Shown piece after piece: positions 9,474 to 17,710 of a stretch of DNA of 29,016 nt. A model generated the notes under the pieces. It searched no databases and had not been told where the DNA came from. It worked only from the letters and a program-made list of their open reading frames with translations. The DNA comes from a virus (taxonomy: Duplodnaviria > Caudoviricetes). Each line of letters opens with the position of its first letter. Position 1 is the first letter of the stretch. Location of the stretch: the IMG/VR virus record IMGVR_UViG_3300005805_000336, positions 1-29,016 of that record. One strand, given 5' to 3'. Made by a program: the position numbers and the translations under genes.

Positions 9474-12400
9474 GCGGTGGCAGCAAGACGCAGACCGTAG
9501 GGTGGCGCTACTACATGGGGCTCCACATGGGGCTGTGCCACGGGCCTGTCGATGCCATCACCGAGATCCGGGTCGGCGACCGCACGGCATGGACAGGGGA
9601 GCAGACGGCTTCCGGCGCGATCGCCATCGATGCGCCAGACCTGTTCGGCGGCGAGGAGCGCGAGGGCGGCGTGCAGGGAACGCTCGACGTGATGATGGGC
9701 GAGCCGTCACAGGCGCCGAACAGCTATCTGGTGTCGAAGCTCGGCGCGCTCGTGCCGGCGTTCCGCGGCCTACTGAGCACCGTCTTCAGGCAGGGTTACG
9801 TGGGCGCCAACAACCCTTACGTCAAGCCATGGGCGTTCAAGACGAGGCGCATCCTGCAGGGGTGGCATGGAGGATCGGCGTGGTATCCGGCAAAGGCGGC
9901 GATCGTGCTGGCGGCTCAGTCCTCGAGCGTGCAAAGCCAGGCCGCCTTCGCCATCTTCGCTGGCGCAGACGAGAACAACGCGTTCCCGTACCTGTACACC
10001 ATGCCCGGGTACCAGCCAACTGCGGCCACGGTGACAGAAGACGTCGCGTCGTTCGCGCCCTACGGCGTCGACGGCAACAACAGGGCCGCCATCCTCGATT
10101 CGTCGCCAAGCTTCGACTTCGCGCAGGGCGAGGACTTCGCGATCGAGTTCGAGGTGAACGCCGCTGGCAGTAACGGCGGAATTGGATCTCAGCCCGCGAA
10201 CTTTCTCTTCTGCCGAACGGAGGTCAACTCCACGACGGGAACCGGCAACTACACGATGCTTCGGAAGTGGTCGTTCTCGGAAAACAGCAGCATCGTCAGC
10301 TTCTCTGCGCCGGATATTGCCGGCTTGGTCAGTTGTCCCGCAACGTTCGGGGCGTGGACAAGCTACCGCGTCGAGCGCAACGGGACCACGCTGCGCATGT
10401 ACAAGAACGGAGCGCTCGTAGGATCCAACACCTGCACGGCTGGCGCGATTTCTGGACCGTGCCGTATCGGCATCAATGGCCCCTATCAGTATGGCGTCGG
10501 AGACATCCCGAACACTTGGGGTGGGAACGTCGGAGTCACGAGTTACCGCAATCTGCGCATCTTCAAGGGCTCGATCACGCCGCCGATCATCGGCATGAAC
10601 CCTGCGCATATCGTCTACCAGTGCCTGACCGATCCAGAGTGGGGCATGGGCTACAGCGCGAGCATCATCGACGATGTGAGCTTCAGGGCCGCGGCGGATA
10701 CCTTCTTTGACGAGGGTATGGGGCTGTGCCTGCATTGGGCGAGGCAGGAGCAGATCGAGGCGTTCCTGCAGGTGGTTCTCGACCACGCCGGCGCGCAGCT
10801 GGTGCAGGACAGGCGCACCGGCCTGTTCAAGCTCACGCCGATCCGCGCGAACTACAGCCTCGCATCGCTGCCGGTGTACGACGAAAGCTCCGTTCGGTCT
10901 GTCGATACCTACCAGCGCCCGGGGCTTGCCGGCGCCGTCAATGCGATCACCGTCAAATTCAACGACGTGGCGACAGGCCGCCGCGGCAGCGTGACGGTGC
11001 ACAACCTGGCCAACATCGCCGCCCAGGAGGAGACAGCCGCGCAGGCCAAGGCTTACCCCGGCCTGCCGACGGCCGCGCTGGCGCTGCGGGTGGCCATGCG
11101 GGATCTGCAGGCGGCTTCCACGCCGCTGGCGAAGGTTCGGATGCGCGTCAATCGCACGGCCTACGCTGCGCTGCCCGGAGACGTGATTCGCCTGACTTGG
11201 CCGAAGCTCGGGATCGCCGATCTGGTGCTTCGGGTGCTCCGCGTGGACATCGGGCAGCTGACGGACGGCCTGATCGAGATCGAGGCAGGCGAGGACGTGT
11301 TCGGGCTGCCGGCCGCCACCTACGGGGCTCAACAGCCTTCCGGCTGGGTTCCGCCGAACCAGACGCCGCGGCCGATGGCGGCGCGTCTGGCGCGTGAGGC
11401 CACGTACTACGAGGTTCAGCGCGGCCTGTCGCCAGCCGACCTGGCCGCGCTGCCTTCCGATGCCGGCTACGTCGTCGCCGCCGGCGTTCGGGGCGGGCCG
11501 GACGCGATCGACTACAGCATGAGGACGAGGACCGGCAGCGGCGCTTTCTCCGAGGCCGCGCGCGGCGCTTTCGTGCCCTCGGGGCTTCTTTCTGCGGCGC
11601 TCACGCCAGGCGCAGCGGCCGCCACGCTGACGGGCGTCGTGGACGGCGATCTCATCGCTGCAGGCGCCTACGCGCAGATCGGCCCCGAGATCGTGCGCGT
11701 GGACTCGTTCGATGCTGGCACAGGCGCGATCGCGTTCGGCAGGGGGGTCATGGGCACGGTGGCCAGGCAGCACGCCAGCGGCACGCTGGCGTTATTCTTG
11801 GGCGACTTGATCGCTGACGACGAGACGCAGCGGCTCGACGGCGAGGTGGTCGACGTCAAGCTGCTTACGCGCACAAGCCTGGGCGAGCTCGCCGAGGGCA
11901 GCGCGCCAACCGATTCCGTTGTCATCGATTCGCTCGCCGCCAGGCCATATCCGCCGGGCCGCGTTCGCATCAACGGGGCCGCCTACCCGGCCACGGCGCT
12001 TGCACCGATCACGATCGCGTGGTCGCATCGGAACCGGCTGCAGCAGAATCTCGAGGGCGACGAGAGCGGGAACATCGGGCCGGAGCCTGGCGTGACCTAC
12101 GCCGTCGAGCTGCGCAAGGCGGACACGGGCGACCTGCTGGACCGCACGGATGGCATTGCAGGCACCAGCTATTCGGTGCCGGAGGTGGCCGGCGACTTCC
12201 CGCTGCGCGTGCAGCTGTGGGCCATGCGGTCGGATCCAGACGCTCTGGCGCTGCGGAGTGCATTCGAGGTGACGCGCGCCCTGCCCAGCCTTGGATCTTC
12301 GTCGGTGATCTGGCGATTCTTGATCCCTGCCGGCGGGCATGTTGACGTCCAGCGGTTCTACACGACGACGGCGGGCATCTATCACCAAGTGCGGCGCTAT

Positions 12401-13810
12401 TCCTCGCAGGGCGTGCTCGAGGACACGGCCTACGCATTCATGGTGAGCGGGGCCGCGCTGGACCCGTCGAACAGCCGCCTGGCCGTCGGCATCTACAGCC
12501 TGCCTGCGAGCCTGCAGCAGACCGCGTCGAAGGTCAGGGTGTACGACCTCACGGCGGCCGGGCTATCGACCAGCGTCGACATCACGCCCGACTTCCCGCC
12601 GCCATCTGGCACAGAGATCATCGGCGTCGCGGCGGCCGCCGGCAGCATCTATGCGGTGAACTACGACGGCACCCGCCTCATCCGGTACAACGCTGCAGGC
12701 GCGGAGCAGGCGCGCGTCGACGCGACGCTCTTCCGGCAGTTCGACTGCGATGGCACAGAGCTGATCTTCCCGGCCGCCAGCGGCTTTCAGAGCCGCAACC
12801 CGCTGACACTGGCCGCGATCTCGACCGTGAACTTCGCGCCAGGCGCGACCAGGACAGGGCAACTGCGTCTGGTAGGCGGAGAGGTCGTGTTCATCGGAAA
12901 TCCTCAGTCTGGCGGCAACAGCACGCTGTACCGCTACAGCATGGCCGGCGCGCGCATTGCCAGCTACTCAGCAGTCCCGTTCTCTGGTAGCGGCGCGGGC
13001 TGCGATCTGCAGGCCTTCGGCCCCTACCTGTCGGCCGGCGACAGCGGCACGCCGGCAGTGTTCGACCGGCTGGGCGGTTGGGCCTCTGTGCCGACGGCAG
13101 GCGCCGCCGCGGCCATGGAGAGCGCGCAGCGGCACGATTTCACCACGCAGCACCTCGGCATCCCGCCGTTCTCTTCTGTGGCGCTCCTGCTGCATCTGAA
13201 CGGCGCCAATGGCTCGACATCGTTCCCCGACAGCGGGCCGCTGAACAGGACGGTCACTGGCAGCGGCGGCGCGCAGATCAGCACCGCGCAATCTCGCTTC
13301 GGCGGCGCCTCGGCGAGCTTCAACGGCAGCACGGGCCAGCTCGACACCAACCTCGCGGGCACAGCGTTCGGCACAAGCGACTTCTGTGTGGAATGCTGGA
13401 TCTGGCCAGACAGCCGGGGAATAGGAGACTTCCGTAACATCTTGGGCAACGGCACCGGATTGGGCCAGTTCACGTTTCACCTTAATTCGAACTCGCCTCC
13501 GCAACTCAGGGTATACCTTAGTGGCGGCGTCACTCAGTTGAACGGCGGCACGGTGAGCGCGGACTCATGGTCTCACGTGGCGTTCACCAGACATGGGAAC
13601 ACGTTCAGTATGTTCCTCAACGGTACGCTCGTCGCTGCACACACACAATCAGGAGTCAACTTGAACGCGGCGGATGCCGTTGGGGTCGCTGGTCCGTACG
13701 GGGGTCTGCCGCGGTGGATAGGCTACATCGACGAAGTGAGGGTGACGATCGGCGCGGCCAGGTACACGAGCACCTTCGCCGCCCCGACAGCGCCATTCCC
13801 TGACTTCTGA
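9470..13810 (+). CDS. Central tail fibre / tip attachment protein (J-like) with inserted and terminal LamG-like domains
   Basis: YYMGLHMGLCHGPVD, MNPAHIVYQCLTDPEWGMG and RPYPPGRVRING motifs; C-terminal LLLHLNGANGS...YIDEVRVT LamG-like domain. Confidence 0.92.
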   Translation: MSGGSKTQTVGWRYYMGLHMGLCHGPVDAITEIRVGDRTAWTGEQTASGAIAIDAPDLFGGEEREGGVQGTLDVMMGEPSQAPNSYLVSKLGALVPAFRGLLSTVFRQGYVGANNPYVKPWAFKTRRILQGWHGGSAWYPAKAAIVLAAQSSSVQSQAAFAIFAGADENNAFPYLYTMPGYQPTAATVTEDVASFAPYGVDGNNRAAILDSSPSFDFAQGEDFAIEFEVNAAGSNGGIGSQPANFLFCRTEVNSTTGTGNYTMLRKWSFSENSSIVSFSAPDIAGLVSCPATFGAWTSYRVERNGTTLRMYKNGALVGSNTCTAGAISGPCRIGINGPYQYGVGDIPNTWGGNVGVTSYRNLRIFKGSITPPIIGMNPAHIVYQCLTDPEWGMGYSASIIDDVSFRAAADTFFDEGMGLCLHWARQEQIEAFLQVVLDHAGAQLVQDRRTGLFKLTPIRANYSLASLPVYDESSVRSVDTYQRPGLAGAVNAITVKFNDVATGRRGSVTVHNLANIAAQEETAAQAKAYPGLPTAALALRVAMRDLQAASTPLAKVRMRVNRTAYAALPGDVIRLTWPKLGIADLVLRVLRVDIGQLTDGLIEIEAGEDVFGLPAATYGAQQPSGWVPPNQTPRPMAARLAREATYYEVQRGLSPADLAALPSDAGYVVAAGVRGGPDAIDYSMRTRTGSGAFSEAARGAFVPSGLLSAALTPGAAAATLTGVVDGDLIAAGAYAQIGPEIVRVDSFDAGTGAIAFGRGVMGTVARQHASGTLALFLGDLIADDETQRLDGEVVDVKLLTRTSLGELAEGSAPTDSVVIDSLAARPYPPGRVRINGAAYPATALAPITIAWSHRNRLQQNLEGDESGNIGPEPGVTYAVELRKADTGDLLDRTDGIAGTSYSVPEVAGDFPLRVQLWAMRSDPDALALRSAFEVTRALPSLGSSSVIWRFLIPAGGHVDVQRFYTTTAGIYHQVRRYSSQGVLEDTAYAFMVSGAALDPSNSRLAVGIYSLPASLQQTASKVRVYDLTAAGLSTSVDITPDFPPPSGTEIIGVAAAAGSIYAVNYDGTRLIRYNAAGAEQARVDATLFRQFDCDGTELIFPAASGFQSRNPLTLAAISTVNFAPGATRTGQLRLVGGEVVFIGNPQSGGNSTLYRYSMAGARIASYSAVPFSGSGAGCDLQAFGPYLSAGDSGTPAVFDRLGGWASVPTAGAAAAMESAQRHDFTTQHLGIPPFSSVALLLHLNGANGSTSFPDSGPLNRTVTGSGGAQISTAQSRFGGASASFNGSTGQLDTNLAGTAFGTSDFCVECWIWPDSRGIGDFRNILGNGTGLGQFTFHLNSNSPPQLRVYLSGGVTQLNGGTVSADSWSHVAFTRHGNTFSMFLNGTLVAAHTQSGVNLNAADAVGVAGPYGGLPRWIGYIDEVRVTIGAARYTSTFAAPTAPFPDF

Positions 13811-13896
13811 TCGTGCGCCAATCCTGCGCCACTCGGCACGGGCGAACGCGTGAGAGGTGCACGGATGGCGACGATCAAGCGCGAGTGCCCGTCGTG

Positions 13897-13925
13897 AAAA
13901 GAAACCGGCCGCGCTGGGCGGCCGG
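13897..13925 (-). terminator. Intrinsic terminator of the leftward operon
   Basis: On the minus strand: CCGGCCGC-ccagc-GCGGCCGG followed by TTTCTTTT. Confidence 0.75.
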
Positions 13926-13980
13926 GAAGCCTCATGAGAGGAGGAGACAACCGGACAGGCCGGAGGGCTTTATTCTAGAC

Positions 13981-14319
13981 CTAGGCCATATCCCGCTCTT
14001 CGGCGCGCTGGGCGTAGCTCGGCCGCTTGGCCACGCGGTCCGCCACGGCCTGACCGATTGCGACGCCGCCCAACAGACCGACGCGCTCTCCGTCGATGAC
14101 GACAGCATGCTGGTCGCATCGCGCCTTGGCGGGCACGTACAGCTCGACAACGACGCGCTGCCACAGCTGACCAGGAGCTGGATCGGCTGGGATCGGCGGC
14201 AGCGTGGCTGCCATGGCTTCGCGGCGCGCGTCCATCAACGCGCGGCGTCGCCGACGAGCAGCTGGCGTGTTGCAATGCGCCCAGCGGTTGGGCTTTTGGT
14301 TGCGGCGATGACTTTTCAT
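13981..14319 (-). CDS. Hypothetical protein, last gene of the leftward operon
   Basis: ORF (ATG 14319 or GTG 14325) directly after the cassette 1 stop, followed by the terminator. Confidence 0.6.
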   Translation of the reverse strand: MKSHRRNQKPNRWAHCNTPAARRRRRALMDARREAMAATLPPIPADPAPGQLWQRVVVELYVPAKARCDQHAVVIDGERVGLLGGVAIGQAVADRVAKRPSYAQRAEERDMA

Positions 14320-14336
14320 AGTCACGGTATCTACTA

Positions 14337-14343
14337 GTTAGGA
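14337..14343 (+). other. Left boundary core site (R'-like GTTAGGA) with no upstream attC arm
   Basis: GTTAGG is complementary to CCTAAC of attC1; contains the TAA stop of the cassette 1 gene. Confidence 0.65.
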
Positions 14344-14610
14344 CCTTGCATCACGCAAGCCGTGTGCGTATCCGGCCTCGTACTCGTCTTCGCCGCGCCT
14401 GCGCTGCTGCCAGTCGTTCCAGCAGCGGGTGTGCAGGTACAGGTTCTCTTCCGTGTCGCCCGTATCCAGCGTCAGGCGCACTTCCGGCTCGTGCGCAACG
14501 TGGCCTCTGTAGTGCATCTGCTGGCCGCAGTACCAGCATCGCACCGGCCTAACTGGCGTTTCGAGCCGACCCGCGTCGGCGAGCGGCACCTGTGCGTCTT
14601 CATGCTTCAT
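14338..14610 (-). CDS. Cassette 1 hypothetical protein (CxxC...HxxC metal-binding-like)
   Basis: GGAGG RBS and ATG inside the attC1 loop; CWYC and HTRC motifs; stop in the core site. Confidence 0.7.
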   Translation of the reverse strand: MKHEDAQVPLADAGRLETPVRPVRCWYCGQQMHYRGHVAHEPEVRLTLDTGDTEENLYLHTRCWNDWQQRRRGEDEYEAGYAHGLRDARS

Positions 14611-14645
14611 CTGCGCCTCCTTGGCGGCTCAAACTATCGTTGGGC
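14547..14645 (+). repeat. attC site 1 (99 bp)
   Basis: GCCTAAC-TGGCG-TTTCGAGC...GCTCAAA-CTATC-GTTGGGC. Confidence 0.88.
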
Positions 14646-14647
14646 GG

Positions 14648-14965
14648 CTAGTAGCAGATCACGCGCGCAAGGTGCGCCACGGTCCGCACCTTGATCGTCT
14701 TGCCGCTGGTGCTTGTCACCTCTAGCCCCTTTGCGCCCATGTCGTTCTCCCAGCAGTACCAATCGAGCCATTCGTTGTCGTCGCCAACCTCGCGCCCCAG
14801 GCATGCGGTGTAGGCGTCCCACATACGCCCCATAGCCAGCGCAATCGGCGCTTCTGGGCCGCACTTCGTCAGTGCTTGCAATGCCTCGTACTGGGCCTGC
14901 CAGTCGTCGTACCTGCGCTGCCACTCCAGCAGGCGCGGCGCAATGTCTGCTGGCTTCTTCTTCAT
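14648..14965 (-). CDS. Cassette 2 hypothetical protein
   Basis: 105 aa ORF filling the cassette; WLDWYCWENDMG. Confidence 0.75.
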   Translation of the reverse strand: MKKKPADIAPRLLEWQRRYDDWQAQYEALQALTKCGPEAPIALAMGRMWDAYTACLGREVGDDNEWLDWYCWENDMGAKGLEVTSTSGKTIKVRTVAHLARVICY

Positions 14966-14999
14966 GCGTCTTTTCCCTTCGTGCCTTCGTTCACCAGCC

Positions 15000-15057
15000 G
15001 CCCAACCCCTCGCTCAACTTGACCGCCTACGGCGGCAAGTTAGCTCGAACGTTAGCC
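15000..15057 (+). repeat. attC site 2 (58 bp)
   Basis: GCCCAAC-CCCTC-GCTCAACT-tgaccgcctacggcggca-AGTTAGC-TCGAAC-GTTAGCC. Confidence 0.93.
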
Positions 15058-15291
15058 AGCACGGGCGCGAAGCATGGCGTCAGCACATGCGTAGGCGCTG
15101 GCCGCCCATTCATTGATGATCTGCTCGCCCGTCTTGCCATCCACACACCATGCGCGCCCCATCAATCCCGGCAATGCTTGTGCCGCAAAGTAGTCGCGCA
15201 TCGACATGCCAAAAGAAGTCATTTCTTGTTGTCCTTGGCCGTTCAATTCCCATACCGGGAATGCCGGTCCTCCGTCTTTGTCTGTGCTCAT
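15052..15291 (-). CDS. Cassette 3 conserved phage hypothetical protein (GGPAFP / RDYFAA family)
   Basis: DGGPAFP...GMSMRDYFAAQAL...AYACADAMLRAR; AAGGA RBS; stop in R' of attC2. Confidence 0.82.
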   Translation of the reverse strand: MSTDKDGGPAFPVWELNGQGQQEMTSFGMSMRDYFAAQALPGLMGRAWCVDGKTGEQIINEWAASAYACADAMLRARAG

Positions 15292-15324
15292 GTTGTCCTT
15301 CCTGCCAGCGTTGTTATGGGTGCT

Positions 15325-15376
15325 GGCTAACCCTTCGCTCAAGCCGACCTTCGGCGGCTTAGCTCAAACGTTAGGT
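15325..15376 (+). repeat. attC site 3 (52 bp, aadA-attC-like)
   Basis: GGCTAAC-CCTTC-GCTCAAGC-cgaccttcggcg-GCTTAGC-TCAAAC-GTTAGGT. Confidence 0.93.
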
Positions 15377-15377
15377 T

Positions 15378-16100
15378 TCACAACAGCCCCTCTTGCACAG
15401 GCTGTCGCGGCTCTTCGGGCGGCAGTAGCGTGCCCTGGGCCTGGGCGCGGCTGATGCGCTCGCAGGCGATGTCGAAATACGGGCGGTGGATCTCCACGCC
15501 GATGAAGCGGCGCCCCATCGTCACGGCGGCAACTCCTGTGCTTCCGCTGCCCATGTAGGGGTCAAAGATCACGTGCGCCTTGGGCATTTGCTCAAGGCAC
15601 CAGCGCATCACGCCTTGCGGCTTCGTTGTCGGGTGCCAGCGCTGGCCGCCTTCCTCGCCCGCCTTCACGCATGCCACGCCCTTCCACAAGTACCGGATCA
15701 CGTTTCGCTTAATCTTCAGGTTCGTCCATGCGTACTCCGCGTCGGCGAAGCTGTCATTCGGGCCAATGCCCGTGTGCTTGTCCCAGGCCACCAGCGTCCC
15801 GCCTTCCGGCAGCCTGGCGCGGTAGTGGTCGGCGCCAAACATCAGCACCGCCGGGAAACGCAGCAGCGGTGTCGGATCAAACGGCACGGTGTCTTCGTGA
15901 ATCGGTTTGTTCGCGTTCTTGCCAAGTGTGCCAAGGCGCTTCATGGTCAAGCTGACCGGAGAGGCCCCGCCGCCTCCGTGCACGTACCCAATGCCATATG
16001 GCGGGTCGGTCACGCATGCGTCGGCCTGCACAAGCGGCAGCACCTCGCGGCAGTCCCCGTGCCACAGTTCCGCGTTCCCGATCACCACTTTTTCAGCCAT
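15378..16100 (-). CDS. Cassette 4 DNA N6-adenine/N4-cytosine methyltransferase (beta class)
   Basis: TDPPYG precedes HPTTKP and FDPYMGSGSTG...FIGVEI. Confidence 0.92.
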   Translation of the reverse strand: MAEKVVIGNAELWHGDCREVLPLVQADACVTDPPYGIGYVHGGGGASPVSLTMKRLGTLGKNANKPIHEDTVPFDPTPLLRFPAVLMFGADHYRARLPEGGTLVAWDKHTGIGPNDSFADAEYAWTNLKIKRNVIRYLWKGVACVKAGEEGGQRWHPTTKPQGVMRWCLEQMPKAHVIFDPYMGSGSTGVAAVTMGRRFIGVEIHRPYFDIACERISRAQAQGTLLPPEEPRQPVQEGLL

Positions 16101-16127
16101 CGTCATCCTTCGATATATCGCTGTGAA

Positions 16128-16196
16128 ACCTAACACTACGCTGCACCGGACCCAGCCCGGCAGGCCGGGCCGGTCCGGTGAGCTACAGCGTTAGGC
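16128..16196 (+). repeat. attC site 4 (69 bp)
   Basis: ACCTAAC-ACTAC-GCTGCACC...GGTGAGC-TACAGC-GTTAGGC. Confidence 0.9.
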
Positions 16197-16388
16197 GCTT
16201 TTCATCCAAGCCACCAGATACAGCATCGTGCTGCTGCCGTGATCGCTGCAGCTCTGGCTTTGCCACGAGTCGCCGTCCCAGTAGACCCAGCAGAAGTGCT
16301 CGCCAGCATCGGTTTTGCCCCAGTTGTTGCCTTTTGCCCAAACGGGGCGGCCGTCCTTGGGCGCCGTCTCAATCGGTTGCCATTCCAT
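16191..16388 (-). CDS. Cassette 5 DUF551-like protein
   Basis: MEWQPIETAPKDG...AWM; GAGG RBS; stop in R' of attC4. Confidence 0.8.
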   Translation of the reverse strand: MEWQPIETAPKDGRPVWAKGNNWGKTDAGEHFCWVYWDGDSWQSQSCSDHGSSTMLYLVAWMKSA

Positions 16389-16412
16389 CGTTTCCTCGCT
16401 TCGGCGCCGCGC

Positions 16413-16512
16413 GCCTAACCCCTCGCTCAAGCAGACCGCGAACGGCGGCCACGTTTTCTGTCTCCGTCCAAGCCTAAGCGCCGTTCACGGCAGCTTAGCT
16501 CGAACGTTATGC
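16413..16512 (+). repeat. attC site 5 (100 bp)
   Basis: GCCTAAC-CCCTC-GCTCAAGC...GCTTAGC-TCGAAC-GTTATGC with internal stem GAACGGCG/CGCCGTTC. Confidence 0.92.
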
Positions 16513-17612
16513 GTGTTGCTCATGCCACCAGTGAGCATGCGCCAGGCTGTGGCTGCACACCGGGGCACTTGTCCATTGCCGAGGGCTTTAAGTCTGTCCA
16601 CCCGATGGGCCACCCCATCAGCCACTCGACCCACGTCGGGTTCAGCTTCCCACCAACTTGGTCGGCCAATCCCACCTGGGGATCGGTCGGCTTCCTGCCG
16701 GTCAGCTTCACCACCGAGCTCTTGGGCTCCGTCACCACGCTGGTGGGCGTGCGCCACATGCGCGCCGCCGCGTCGTTCAAGTTCGAGCGCCGGCCGTTCA
16801 AACTCTGCGCGCCCTTGTAGCGTTCCGGTATCCCAATGCGATGGTCGCTGTTCTTGGGTGTCGGCCACCTGGCCACCGCCACCGCCAGCGGCTGCTGCAA
16901 GTTGATGCCCTGCGCCGCCTTCTCGGCCTGGCGCCGCTCCCAGTTCTCCACGTTGCCGCTCTGCTTTGCATCGCCGGCATTCGGCGTCGGCCACATGGCC
17001 GCACTCGCCGCAAGGCCACGGTTGCTGCTCCTGCCGTCCGGCCGCATGTGCCGCACCGTGCCCGTCTCCGTCACGTACAGGTTCCCGCCCGTGATCGGCC
17101 GCGCGTCGGTCGCGCAGGGTGTCGGCACCCACAAGCCAGAATCGGTCGCGCTGGTGGGGGGCGCCAACGTCGGCAGCTCCCAGCACTGTCCAGCGGCAGT
17201 CATACCCGAGCGCGGCCAGGTCACCGAGCACTCGTCCGAGTCCCCGAGTAAGGAGCGCTGGGCTGTTCTCCACGAAGCAGAAGCGGGGTCGAACCTCGCC
17301 AATGATCCGCGCCATGTGGGTCCACATTCCGCTGCGCTCGCCGTCGATGCCTGCGCCCTTGCCGGCCACGCTGATGTCCTGGCAAGGAAAGCCCCCCGAA
17401 ACCACGTCAACAAGCCCGCGCCAAGGTCGTCCGTCAAAGGTGCGAACGTCGCTCCAGACCGGGAAAGCCGGGAGAAGTCCTTCGTTCTGGCGGGCGGCAA
17501 GTACGCAAGCGGCGTAGGGTTCCCACTCCACAGCGCACACGCAGCGCCACCCGAGCAACTTGCCCGCGAGTATTCCGCCACCAGCGCCTGCGAAAAGAGC
17601 CAACTCATTCAT
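16485..17612 (-). CDS. Cassette 6 DNA cytosine-5 methyltransferase, main chain
   Basis: LFAGAGG (motif I), GGFPCQ (IV), VENS (VI), HQRDRF (VIII), LKALGNGQVP (X). Confidence 0.93.
   Translation of the reverse strand: MNELALFAGAGGGILAGKLLGWRCVCAVEWEPYAACVLAARQNEGLLPAFPVWSDVRTFDGRPWRGLVDVVSGGFPCQDISVAGKGAGIDGERSGMWTHMARIIGEVRPRFCFVENSPALLTRGLGRVLGDLAALGYDCRWTVLGAADVGAPHQRDRFWLVGADTLRDRRAADHGREPVRDGDGHGAAHAAGRQEQQPWPCGECGHVADAECRRCKAERQRGELGAAPGREGGAGHQLAAAAGGGGGQVADTQEQRPSHWDTGTLQGRAEFERPALELERRGGAHVAHAHQRGDGAQELGGEADRQEADRSPGGIGRPSWWEAEPDVGRVADGVAHRVDRLKALGNGQVPRCAATAWRMLTGGMSNTHNVRAKLP
16520..17608 (-). CDS. Alternative-frame partner chain of the C5 methyltransferase (WPTP repeats plus motif IX-like segment)
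   Basis: 362 aa same-strand overlapping ORF; four W(P/R)TP-type repeats and LNPTWVEWLMGWPIGWT; true start uncertain. Confidence 0.7.
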   Translation of the reverse strand: MSWLFSQALVAEYSRASCSGGAACALWSGNPTPLAYLPPARTKDFSRLSRSGATFAPLTDDLGAGLLTWFRGAFLARTSAWPARAQASTASAAECGPTWRGSLARFDPASASWRTAQRSLLGDSDECSVTWPRSGMTAAGQCWELPTLAPPTSATDSGLWVPTPCATDARPITGGNLYVTETGTVRHMRPDGRSSNRGLAASAAMWPTPNAGDAKQSGNVENWERRQAEKAAQGINLQQPLAVAVARWPTPKNSDHRIGIPERYKGAQSLNGRRSNLNDAAARMWRTPTSVVTEPKSSVVKLTGRKPTDPQVGLADQVGGKLNPTWVEWLMGWPIGWTDLKPSAMDKCPGVQPQPGACSLVA

Positions 17613-17637
17613 ACATCTCCACGCTTCGGAACCACAC

Positions 17638-17710
17638 GCATAACACCTCGCTCAAGGCGACCCGCTACGGGCTAGCGCCCTTCGCGGGCGCCTTAGCTCC
17701 AGCGTTGGGC
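17638..17710 (+). repeat. attC site 6 (73 bp)
   Basis: GCATAAC-ACCTC-GCTCAAGG...CCTTAGC-TCCAGC-GTTGGGC. Confidence 0.92.

Noticed and set aside
9770-11773. 667 aa antisense ORF inside the tail-tip gene
   Set aside because: Typical stop-poor antisense frame of high-GC coding DNA with no motifs.
13170-14330. Diversity-generating retroelement acting on the tail-tip C-terminus
   Set aside because: No reverse transcriptase and no template/variable repeat pair differing at adenines is visible in the window.
15292-16430. TTG/GTG starts inside attC arms (MSEGL..., MLGFT...) given by the ORF track
   Set aside because: Downstream ATGs with clear RBS (15291, 16100, 16388) fit the family N-termini better; upstream initiation is not fully excluded.
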